Of a stretch of DNA of 41,104 nucleotides, positions 15,989 to 25,500 are shown one piece after another. Positions within the stretch are counted from its first letter, which is position 1; each line of letters starts with the position of its first letter. Below the pieces are notes generated by a model. The model was not told where the DNA came from. It saw only the letters and a list, made by a program, of their open reading frames with translations, and did not search any database. Source of the stretch: a virus (taxonomy: Duplodnaviria; Caudoviricetes); IMG/VR virus record IMGVR_UViG_3300044941_000368, positions 1-41,104 of that record; one strand, 5' to 3'. A program made the position numbers and the translations under genes.

Positions 15989-17263
15989 ATGGAAAAAATG
16001 ACAAAAAAAAGAGTCAATAGGATAAAAAGCAAACATCTTATTAATGTTGAAGATGTTTTTGTTGAAATGGAGCGCAAATATTACGCAAAAAACATCAATA
16101 AAAACGACTTCTTACTGAAACTGGAAGGCTTAAATCCTTTTAAGAAGGTCGTAACTGAAGGGACGGACTACTATTATGAAGGGGTTGATAGCGTGGTTCG
16201 TTACAGAAACAGTGAGGACTGCAAAGAGCTTACAATTAAAAATAGGCTAAGTTCTAAAACCATACTCTCTAGAAAAGAAGTTGACCTTGATGTTTTTAAT
16301 AACCTTGAACTAAACGTATTTACCTTTTTAAAAGCTTTGGGGTATAAAGAATCTTTTAAAATATATAAAAAATGCGACATTTACTGGTTTAGGGATGAAG
16401 GAGTAGAGCTAAATGTTGTTTTTTATACTGTTTTTAGCGATTTTAAAGATCCAATTGATTTTATAGAGATAGAGGTAAAAAAGGGCACTAATTACAAAAC
16501 AGGAAAAGCCATAATAAATAAATGGGAAAAAAAGTTAGGACTAAAAATTGGATGGAGAGTTTGTAAAAGTCTTTATGAGATATATTCTGGGAAATTAACA
16601 CCTTTTGTTAACAAGTCTGATTTCTTCTGCGGATCTTGCGGTACAGTAAAGACCGAAGATTCTTTTTATTTAAGAGAGAGCGGTAAGCCAAAACAGGGCG
16701 ATACGTGCATTGAATGCGCACAAAAATACTGGAAATCCGAAGAGGGTAAAGCAAAAAAGAAAATCAAAAGATCCCGATACGCATCGAAAATAGCAGCCTA
16801 TAATAAAAAATATAGAGCAGAAAATAAAGAAAAAATAGTAAAAAGAAGAAGGGTTTATCTTAAAGAAAAATATCAAAAAGATCCTATTTTTAAAATTAAA
16901 ACTGCCCTAAGGTCTCGAAATCTTTTGTTTTTAAAATCAAAGAAAATAAAAAAAACCAACAAAACCTTCGATATTTTGGGCTGTTCTGCTGAGTTTTTTA
17001 AGTCTTATATAGAATCTATGTTCTATGACCATCCAGTTACAGGAGAAAAAATGACATGGGAAAATAGAGGCAGAGGCCCTGACAAATGGCAAATAGATCA
17101 TATAGTTCCTTTTGTTGATATCGATGTAACGAATGAAGAAGATGTAAAAAAGGTTTGCAACTATAAAAATATGAGACCCCTATGGGGAGATGAACATTTA
17201 AAGAAAAGTATAGAAGAAAGAAAAAAAGGTTTTAAAATACTAAAAGGAGCGGAAAATGGATAG
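15989..17263 (+). CDS. CYTH-domain protein fused to a Zn-finger/HNH-type endonuclease
   Basis: N-half: EMERKY (ExExK), VRYR, LTIK, FIEIE, KSLYEIY. C-half: CGSC...CIEC, basic helix, LGCS, MTWEN, WQIDHIVP...NMRPLW. Confidence 0.8.
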   Translation: MEKMTKKRVNRIKSKHLINVEDVFVEMERKYYAKNINKNDFLLKLEGLNPFKKVVTEGTDYYYEGVDSVVRYRNSEDCKELTIKNRLSSKTILSRKEVDLDVFNNLELNVFTFLKALGYKESFKIYKKCDIYWFRDEGVELNVVFYTVFSDFKDPIDFIEIEVKKGTNYKTGKAIINKWEKKLGLKIGWRVCKSLYEIYSGKLTPFVNKSDFFCGSCGTVKTEDSFYLRESGKPKQGDTCIECAQKYWKSEEGKAKKKIKRSRYASKIAAYNKKYRAENKEKIVKRRRVYLKEKYQKDPIFKIKTALRSRNLLFLKSKKIKKTNKTFDILGCSAEFFKSYIESMFYDHPVTGEKMTWENRGRGPDKWQIDHIVPFVDIDVTNEEDVKKVCNYKNMRPLWGDEHLKKSIEERKKGFKILKGAENG

Positions 17264-17705
17264 TAAAACATACCTAAAAGAATCAGCAAGAACAGTTAGC
17301 GGTGACTATGATGCAATTGGAAGCAGAATGTCTCCTCCAAAACATATACATGTTATTGATGAGGATGAAATTAAAGATATTATCCCAAACCCTCAAAAAC
17401 AAAAAATAATTGATCTTCAGCATGCGGCCCTAGGTATGGTGACGGAATCGGCGGAGTTTGCCGACATGCTTAAAAAGCATTTGTTTTATGGAAAGCCATT
17501 GGATGAAGTTAATTTGGCCGAAGAAATTGCCGATAATCTGTGGTATTGCGCCATGGCTCTTCGTGCTCTTGGGACTGATTTTGAAACTGTTATGGAAAGA
17601 AACATTGCCAAGCTAAGGGCTAGATATCCCGAAAAATTTACCGAAGAGCTTGCAGAAAACCGTAATTTAGAAAAAGAAAGAGCTATTTTAGAAGGAAAAG
17701 AGTAA
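17256..17705 (+). CDS. MazG-like nucleotide pyrophosphohydrolase
   Basis: HAALGMVTESAEFADMLKK...EEIADNLWY...NIAKLRARYP. Confidence 0.9.
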   Translation: MDSKTYLKESARTVSGDYDAIGSRMSPPKHIHVIDEDEIKDIIPNPQKQKIIDLQHAALGMVTESAEFADMLKKHLFYGKPLDEVNLAEEIADNLWYCAMALRALGTDFETVMERNIAKLRARYPEKFTEELAENRNLEKERAILEGKE

Positions 17706-17715
17706 TCTTTACAAT

Positions 17716-19035
17716 ATGTTAACTCAACCACAAAGAATTGAAATTTCCAAGAAAATAATTTCGATCCCTAAGCAGATTGCGGCTGCCACAGAGGCTAAAA
17801 ACCTTATTCAGACGGTAGATCTTCCAAAGGCTCAGGATCTTGATAATGGGAATAAGTCTCTGATTGATCAAAGAAAGCCGTTGATCGACGGATATCAGGC
17901 TGAACTTCAAATGCTTGACGGAAATGGCAGAACTGTTTTGGTTGAGCAGGACTATTTGGATGCTTCGGTCAGATTGCTTGGCAATAAGTTTTTTTACAAT
18001 CAGCCGTCAGTTCCCACCCCTTCAATGCCAGACGGGGTGTGGAAAAACCTTATTCCTTTCCTAAAGGGGTTTGGTATTGGGAAAAACTATAACGAAGCTT
18101 ATTCTGTTGTTCAAAAAGAGCAGGATTTGATTGATGCGTTTGACACTGCCGTAACTGCGTTTGAGACGTTTCATCCAATGGAAAGATGTACGGGTCAGAG
18201 AGCAATTGCAAACCCCAACCCTCCTCCTACAGATCTCATTCAGACATACGCCGCCGTACAGACTGCTTTAACCAATCTAATTACTGCAGTTAACAACTAT
18301 GACGCGTTTTTGACGGCACAATCGGCTATTATTTACACGTTAGATTCAAACCTGACCAGACAGACTCAATCCAATGCCGCAAAGAGCAATATTGATACAA
18401 TAATTAAACCAGCAATTGCTTTATGGCTTAGCTATAACAATTACAACACTTCGCACGGACAAACGACGATTGCTGGATTCTATGCGTATGATACAACTCT
18501 ATTGGCCCCTACTAAGGGCAACCCGCTTCAGCTTAACGTATTAAAGGCGGCGGTTGTTGCAAGAAAAAACTTTATTGATAATACTAGAAAGCCGCAATTG
18601 CTTGGCTATCTTGGCAACGTAACTCAAGCAACCAATGGAGAAATTACGGCTCAATCGGGGCTTTATGGGGAGAGGGCTTTGGCGATTGTGCTAAGGCTTA
18701 ATACAATTGGCGGGTCTTTGGCTAATATTGAGGGTCTGAAGAAGGCTATTCAAGCTCAAGATAATATTATTCAGTCTGGAAACTTGTCTTCTCAGGCTTA
18801 CGATTTAGCCTTAAAGGCGTCTAAATTTATAGCGCCAGCCAACGGCACTAAGTCTATTCATGTGGAAAATTCTGGGATTTTCTCTGTTGGGGATTCGGTT
18901 TTTGTTTGCGCAGACGAACAGGCTGAGCTTTCAGGAACAATAGTTCAAATTGCTGGAACAAGAATTGATTTAGATTTTGAAGTGCCTCAAAAATATACCG
19001 CATTGAATAACTCCCGTCTTTATAAAGTTATTTAG
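17716..19035 (+). CDS. Putative virion structural protein
   Basis: 439 aa, Ala/Thr/Gln-rich, first gene of the structural block; C-terminal beta module (IHVENSGIFSVGDSV). Confidence 0.6.
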   Translation: MLTQPQRIEISKKIISIPKQIAAATEAKNLIQTVDLPKAQDLDNGNKSLIDQRKPLIDGYQAELQMLDGNGRTVLVEQDYLDASVRLLGNKFFYNQPSVPTPSMPDGVWKNLIPFLKGFGIGKNYNEAYSVVQKEQDLIDAFDTAVTAFETFHPMERCTGQRAIANPNPPPTDLIQTYAAVQTALTNLITAVNNYDAFLTAQSAIIYTLDSNLTRQTQSNAAKSNIDTIIKPAIALWLSYNNYNTSHGQTTIAGFYAYDTTLLAPTKGNPLQLNVLKAAVVARKNFIDNTRKPQLLGYLGNVTQATNGEITAQSGLYGERALAIVLRLNTIGGSLANIEGLKKAIQAQDNIIQSGNLSSQAYDLALKASKFIAPANGTKSIHVENSGIFSVGDSVFVCADEQAELSGTIVQIAGTRIDLDFEVPQKYTALNNSRLYKVI

Positions 19036-19294
19036 TTCTGGAGACGTTCTCCATTTTTTCCAACATTTTAATTCTGATCTTGCCAAACTCAGCGTCGTAA
19101 TCATTGGATGTAATTTTGTCTCCAGTCATCCTTTTGATGTCAAAATAAAGTCCAAGATCCTCAATCATTTTGTTGTACTCGTCGTTTAAATATTCAAAAA
19201 TCACATCTTTTAGTTTTTCTCGGCCTATTTCCGAGTAGTATGGGCCACGAGTAATGTCATCTACAATTTTATCCGCTAACTTGTAAATTTCCAT
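19028..19294 (-). CDS. Hypothetical protein (88 aa)
   Basis: Start trimmed to ATG 19294 after SD GGAG; directly follows the stop of the upstream minus-strand gene. Confidence 0.65.
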   Translation of the reverse strand: MEIYKLADKIVDDITRGPYYSEIGREKLKDVIFEYLNDEYNKMIEDLGLYFDIKRMTGDKITSNDYDAEFGKIRIKMLEKMENVSRTK

Positions 19295-19295
19295 T

Positions 19296-19838
19296 TTAAT
19301 CTTTTCTCCATAAAATTGATCTGTATGATTCTGTGTCCGCCCTTCCAAAAAATTCTTCGATGTAGTAGATGTAGTGCTTGTTAAAGCAGTACAGTCCGAC
19401 TTCATAGGGGTGCATGATCGAGGATGGGCACCCGTCCCATAGATCATTTTGGGCTTTAAATATACCAATGTCAATAAAAAAATCGTGAAAAATATCATCT
19501 TTAGTATCCGTATGGTATCTGTATAAAACACAGTGTCCAATTTCGTGCATTAAAGTCTCCATCCGTCTTTGGTAGGAGGAATATTTCCAGAACTTCCTAT
19601 CTATATCTATTTCTTTGGTTATTAAACTGCAACGACCAACAACTGGCGATTCTAGATCGGAAAATCCAATAGTTAGGTATTTTAACTGGCTTTGTTTGAT
19701 GGAGCCTTGGGAAAACTCAATAATTTCAGACATATACGGTTGAAATTCAGAGTCTATTCCTTTATGTTTTTTGAATCCATACAAAGAACTGCAGCCACTC
19801 AAAAATAACACAAGCAACAATGTAAGTTTATTTTTCAT
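19296..19838 (-). CDS. Lipoprotein zinc metallopeptidase (metzincin-like)
   Basis: MKNKLTLLLVLFLSG-C lipobox; HEIGHCVLYRYH; PSSIMHP Met-turn-like motif. Confidence 0.8.
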   Translation of the reverse strand: MKNKLTLLLVLFLSGCSSLYGFKKHKGIDSEFQPYMSEIIEFSQGSIKQSQLKYLTIGFSDLESPVVGRCSLITKEIDIDRKFWKYSSYQRRMETLMHEIGHCVLYRYHTDTKDDIFHDFFIDIGIFKAQNDLWDGCPSSIMHPYEVGLYCFNKHYIYYIEEFFGRADTESYRSILWRKD

Positions 19839-19847
19839 GGTATATAT

Positions 19848-19873
19848 TAAAGATTGCGAAAAAACAATCTTTA
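19848..19873. promoter_or_regulatory. Back-to-back CAATCTTTA motifs (putative divergent late promoters or operator)
   Basis: Perfect 9-bp inverted repeat TAAAGATTG-8 nt-CAATCTTTA between divergent genes. Confidence 0.5.
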
Positions 19874-19912
19874 TTACATATACCACCCCCTCCTTAAAAA
19901 TCAAGGACATTC

Positions 19913-22546
19913 ATGAGCAAGGGTTTATTTCCCAGCGTTGATAATTTTATCAAGAAGCAACAGGGTATAACAGATGTGTTGGGACGCAAGATCGCCAACC
20001 CTGTCTACCCTTGGAGTGATGCTGGCGGTCTCACGCCCGGCGATGACGTGTTCTTCCCGACACAATACATAGAGACTGAGAAATGGGATCAGGTCTTCCC
20101 TTATCGCTTGGTTGTAATCGACGCCAACAAGCCCGGCAACCCCATTGTCAATGGATTAAAAGGAACAAGTACAAGTCCAGTTAAAACCTCCTCTTTTAAG
20201 TCTGGAACTGACTATATCATATCTATATCTCCACAAGATAGGCAGTGGGTTTTTGAGCTTCCTATTACACCTCAACAAATTCAAATAGTTGACCAGTATG
20301 CCATTAACACTACAGCGACTGCCCGAGGCATTCTGGAAGAACATAATGGCGTTACATACAAAATGATTTCTATTTCGGCAACTACGGGTATTTTTCCGAC
20401 CAGATCGACAACGGCTGGCGGAATTTCTTCGCCAAGCAATTTCGGATCTGTTTTTGGTGGAACACTTGAAGCCGCTCAAAACCTTAATAGAAGCCTAAAA
20501 GGGCTATTTACGGGAGAGGGCTCCAGCTCCTCTCAACCCGCTGGAAGGGTGAGTCCTACTGAAACTGGCTACTACAAGGCTATGTTCTTGTCCAACTTCT
20601 TGGAAAGATATGCGCAAGAAAAGAAAAAGCCCGAAAATAAAGGTTGGAGGCTTGTTCTAGATATTCCTAAAATGAGCACCTCTTATGTAGTTACGCCTGT
20701 TACGTTTGCTTTACAGAAGTCAGTTCAATCTCCAAACGAGTTTACTTTTTCATTACAGCTAAAGGCTTGGAAACGCGTTAAAATTAACCAATCCGAGTCT
20801 CCACAAAAAGAAGCTGCAAAACTTAAACCAAATGACTTTCAAAATATCTTAAGAAAAATTAGGTCTGCCCGATCCGTCCTTGGCAATACCATCAATCTTC
20901 TAAAGGCTGTAAGGTCTGATTTCCGAACTCCCTTTGAGGCTTTAAGGCAGTCGGCTTTGGCTGTTAAAGATTTGGCAGGTGTAGTTTATACTGCTGCAGA
21001 TTTGCCCGGCAACATTGTTAACGACATTAAGTCCTCTATATCGGACTCTTTAAAAATTGTTTCAACGGCTTTCATCCGTGGCGCTGGTCGTCCTGCTGTG
21101 CCCGTAGTTATTCCGAAACCAAAATTAGGCTCCACCCCTCAAATTAAAATGGATTTTATCGCTTCGTCTATTAGATCAGAAAATATTAATAATGAAGGTC
21201 TTAGCCTAGCTCAAGTCAATGCGGGCGACTTAGGCAGTGACGCTAGAAATGCCGCGATTTTGAACGGCAGTAATGAGCTTTTTCAAAATCCAGAAGAATT
21301 TTTTGATCTGCTCGATTCTATAAATATTGATTCTTTAACATTAAGTCCTGAGCAAAGAGTTAGAATTGAAAATGAACTTAAAAAGACATCTTTGATTACA
21401 GTTGAAGACCTCAAAAATTATAAAAATAATTTACTTGAAACCGCTTTGCTGATTTCTAACAACTACGGAGCGGGAGATGAGCTTTATTCTCAAATTTACG
21501 GACTTCCTAAACCAAAGAAAAGAGTTCTTCCCTTGACAATAGAAGAAACAGAAGTGATTAGTGCTATATTTGAGGCAATTGAGGCCCTAGATCTTTTGAC
21601 GTCAACACAATTTGTTGATAATGTTAAGATTCAGAACCCCCTAGAGTTTGTCGGAGGATTGGCAAATGAAGCTGAAATTGATTTTGCGGATGCTGACGGC
21701 AAGATTATTCAGCCCGTACCGTTTGGTCTGACTATTGAGCAAATCGCCGCTCGATACCTTGGGGATGCAAACAGGTGGCTAGAGATTGTAACTCTTAATA
21801 AGCTAAGGTTTCCTTATATTGATGAAGAGGGTTTCACCTACCCATTGTTGTCAAACGGAAACGGTAGGCAAATTAACGTAAATGACCAAGCTAAAAATAT
21901 TTACATTGGCCAAACCCTTTACCTAAGCAGCAACGTTGTGACGCTTTTTAAAAGAAAGGTTATTAATGTGGAGAGAATTTCCGACACCAACTACCTAGTT
22001 ACTTTGGACGGAGATGCCAATCTTGACAATTTAACCACCCTCCAAAAGGCAAAGGTTAAGGGGTATAAGGCCGGCACTGTTAATAGTCAAAACCAAATAT
22101 TCATTCCAGCCACAGGTGCTGTAATTGAGGATGATTTGGTCACTATCCCTAAAAAGTTTAGACAGGACAATTTGGCAAAAATCAGTAAAGTTGATTGGCT
22201 ATTAGACGAAAACGGCGATTTAGCTATCAATGAAGCGGGAGACATTCAGCTTGCAGCAGGTCTTACAAACCTTATTCAGGCTCTAAAAATCAAAATTAAA
22301 ACCAGAAAGGGGTCGATTTTGCAGCACCCTGAGTTCGGCCTAGGTATTCAGCATGGTATATCTTTGGCAGACGTAGAGTCTGGAGAAATTTTGCAATCTT
22401 TTACTAAATTAATACAAGACGACCCTAGATATAGCGGAATCAATAGATTAAATATTAGACTTACAGGATCTAATACTTTATTTATCGATCTTGCCGTTAA
22501 TTTGCCCAATGGGGCAGGGATCTTACCAATTACTTTTGAGGTTTAA
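19913..22546 (+). CDS. Multidomain baseplate protein (tube-initiator-like N-terminus, LysM-like module, C-terminal gp25-like domain)
   Basis: LPITPQQI...ISISATTG; TIEQIAARYLGDANRWLEIVTLNKL; NLIQALKIKIKTRKGSILQHPEFG...DDPR. Confidence 0.75.
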   Translation: MSKGLFPSVDNFIKKQQGITDVLGRKIANPVYPWSDAGGLTPGDDVFFPTQYIETEKWDQVFPYRLVVIDANKPGNPIVNGLKGTSTSPVKTSSFKSGTDYIISISPQDRQWVFELPITPQQIQIVDQYAINTTATARGILEEHNGVTYKMISISATTGIFPTRSTTAGGISSPSNFGSVFGGTLEAAQNLNRSLKGLFTGEGSSSSQPAGRVSPTETGYYKAMFLSNFLERYAQEKKKPENKGWRLVLDIPKMSTSYVVTPVTFALQKSVQSPNEFTFSLQLKAWKRVKINQSESPQKEAAKLKPNDFQNILRKIRSARSVLGNTINLLKAVRSDFRTPFEALRQSALAVKDLAGVVYTAADLPGNIVNDIKSSISDSLKIVSTAFIRGAGRPAVPVVIPKPKLGSTPQIKMDFIASSIRSENINNEGLSLAQVNAGDLGSDARNAAILNGSNELFQNPEEFFDLLDSINIDSLTLSPEQRVRIENELKKTSLITVEDLKNYKNNLLETALLISNNYGAGDELYSQIYGLPKPKKRVLPLTIEETEVISAIFEAIEALDLLTSTQFVDNVKIQNPLEFVGGLANEAEIDFADADGKIIQPVPFGLTIEQIAARYLGDANRWLEIVTLNKLRFPYIDEEGFTYPLLSNGNGRQINVNDQAKNIYIGQTLYLSSNVVTLFKRKVINVERISDTNYLVTLDGDANLDNLTTLQKAKVKGYKAGTVNSQNQIFIPATGAVIEDDLVTIPKKFRQDNLAKISKVDWLLDENGDLAINEAGDIQLAAGLTNLIQALKIKIKTRKGSILQHPEFGLGIQHGISLADVESGEILQSFTKLIQDDPRYSGINRLNIRLTGSNTLFIDLAVNLPNGAGILPITFEV

Positions 22547-22548
22547 AA

Positions 22549-25500
22549 ATGGCAACTCCAACACCACAATCTTACGAGCAACTCATTTCTCAAATGTATG
22601 CCGCCTACCAGTCACGAATTGGTATCAACGACATCAATGTTGGATCTGCAGTTAGTTCATTTTTTGAGGTAGTGGCACAAAAGATTTATTTAGCAAACGC
22701 CTCAAATTTCTCTATTCTTCGAGACTACAATTTAGACCGAGCTTCTGGTGAAGCTCTTAAGAGGATTGCCGCTGAAGACCGAGTATTCCCCCTTCCAGCT
22801 AGGGTGGCAACGGGGCGAGTGAATATAACCGACTCCTCTTTTACAAAAAAATCTACTAAAGTTTATGCAGGTGCTGCCGCCCCAAACGTTGGATCGACTG
22901 TTATTAAGGTTTCCGACGCCTCAGGGTGGCCCAATTCTGGCGCTATCTATATCGGTCGCGGAACAAACAACATTGAAGGCCCAATCTCTTACTCGTCTAT
23001 TACTCAGCTAGGTGGATTCTACCAGATCACCCTCGTCACCCCTACCACTAAATTCCACAACATTTCAGAAAGCGTAATCCTTGCGCAGGGCGGAAACCGA
23101 TTTGTTCCCGCAGGCTCCGTAGTAATCGCCCCAGCATCTGGCGGAGCTGAAGACGTTAACTTCACAATCACTCAATCCGTCACAATGCTTGACGGGGAAA
23201 ATGAAATTAAAAATGTACCCGTAGCAGCTCAAAAGCCGGGCGCCGAAGGGAACGTGCCAAGAGGAGCGATTAAGCGCTTCATCTCTCCCCCGTTTACTGG
23301 CGCTACCGTCACAAATGCAATCCAATTTACCACAGGTCGCGATGAGGAGTCCGACCAAGAATTGAAAGCTCGAGTTAAGAGAGCAAGACTTTCTAGAGGA
23401 CTTGGTACTGCAATTGCCGTTCAAAATTCCGTGTTGGGGCAACAAGCCCCTGACGAAGCGGCTACGGTTCTTTCGGCAGAAATCTTTTCTTCTGCAGATG
23501 AGACCGTACTGTATATTGATAACGGTCAAGGCTATGAAGAAAAAACAGAAGGAGTTGGGGTTGAATTTATTGTAGATGAAGCCTTGGGTGGTGAAACTAA
23601 CTTCCAACTTGCAACTGGCGGTCAGCAATCATCTGTAGCCAAAGCTTTTATTGAATCTAACGCTGTAGCTCCTTTCGCTATAATAGGCGGAGATAGACTC
23701 GCCATCTCTGTTGGCGGAGTTATTACCGAACACGTATTTAAAAATGAAGATTTCAGATCGCCCGGCGCAGCTACTGCCTATGAAATCATTTCCAGTGTTA
23801 ACGCAAATCCTGATTTGAATTTCTCTGCTAGAACTTCAGAAAACGCCACAAAAGTTACGTTTTTTGCTAAAACTGAGGAAAGAGAGTACATTCAAAAAAC
23901 CGAACCGTCAACAGGAAGGGATGCCGGATTTATTCTTGGACTTCCAGTTAACGAAGTAGAAACATTAAGACTTTATAAAAATGGTCAACTTCTTTCTAAA
24001 AACGGAAGATTTGCCACAATAGAATCTCAAAATCAACAAACTTGGTCTCCAAGCATTGCTTCTGGAGACACCCTTAACATTTCTGTTGACGGAACTCAAT
24101 TTATCAACTATACATTTACGGACGCCGACTTTGCTAATGAGGGGACGTTCACTACAGTTAACAAGAACAACACTCTACAGTCATGGTGTAATGTCATCAA
24201 TAATAAAATTGTAGGTATTACAGCGCTTCCAGCAGGAAATAAAATCAAAATTACATCGAATTTAGGGGCTGATAGCAGAGCTTCAATAGATATCAACCCT
24301 CTTTCAACATTAGTAACCAAGGGAATGTTTGCCCCTACTGGACTTTCGGTTAAAGGTGCGGCTGCTGACTTTAAACTTAGTCGCAATACTGCTCAATTTA
24401 AGCTTACTAAACCTCTAACCGCAGGCGACAGCTTGTCTGCTGGTACAGAAAGCACCAAAGCTAACATTTCCTCGGGCAATATTGTGGGAGGAACCGTTAC
24501 GCTCACTCAAGACGGGTATTTCTGGTTGTTAATTGATGATCCGACTGCTAGCATTATTCGCACTGGAATGGCCGCTGACGTTCTTTTGAATGTACTTAAG
24601 CCCTCTGCAAACATTGTTAGATACCAGTCTTTAACTCCTGCAGTTTTCAACGCTGTTCAGGTGGGGGATTGGGTAATTGTAAGGTCTTTGGAGTTAAATG
24701 CAAACAACAGGTTAGAAGGTAGGGTACATGCCGTTACTCCTACTACCCTAGATATTTTAGTCACAGCCACTGAATATGCTGCTGCGGTAGCTCAAGGGCC
24801 GATCCTATTCCAAGATGGTTTTATTGTCGTAAGAACAAAAAGAGCCGTTCAGAAGCTTGCTATTTCAGCGGGAACTTATAACTTATTCCAAATTTCTGAA
24901 CTTATTAACGCTGATTTGGTTGGAGCCACATGTTCAGTTTTGAATGATAAAAACTTAATTATCACCACCAAGACTGAGGATATAACAGGATCAGTATTGC
25001 TTGTTGATATTGACACTCAAGCTAAAATTTTGAACTTCACTTCGGGACAGTCTTCGGTTTCTGACTTCTCATTGTTTGGATTTTATGAATCTCAAAATAA
25101 AGAAAACAGCTTCCCTGCCTTTGTTCATTCAGAAATTTCTGGCGATGAGCCTGCCGATCCACCATTAACTTATATTACCTCTTTTAACTCTAGCGAAAAC
25201 TTGGGCACTCTTGGTGTGTCAAAAAACTTGTTGGTTTGTGGCGCTGAGCCCTTTGACGCTCCTAAGGACAGTGTTATTAAAAATGAGGTCTCTCAAATTA
25301 GATTAATTAACGGTACTACGGTCGATATCACACAGACACCTATGTTTAGAAGGATGAGAACTGGCGATCGATATTTCTTGTGTACGCCCTATGACTTTTC
25401 TGAAGCGGATAATATAGTAGTTGTTTTGGATAATGACGTCACAAATAAGTCATTTCCCATACCCTTAAACAGAAAAGCTGCGACCAACCAGACCACTACT

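Noticed and set aside
16586-17263. Intein or group I intron carrying the HNH domain
   Set aside because: No C/S...HN-C/S/T splice motifs, no resumption of the CYTH sequence after the nuclease, and no non-coding structured flanks.
19870-19900. Minus-strand SD (AAGGAGG) followed by an ATG-TAA minigene, and the longer 19910 start for the lipoprotein gene
   Set aside because: More simply explained as the complement of the plus-strand RBS-occluding hairpin; the lipobox places the true start at 19838.
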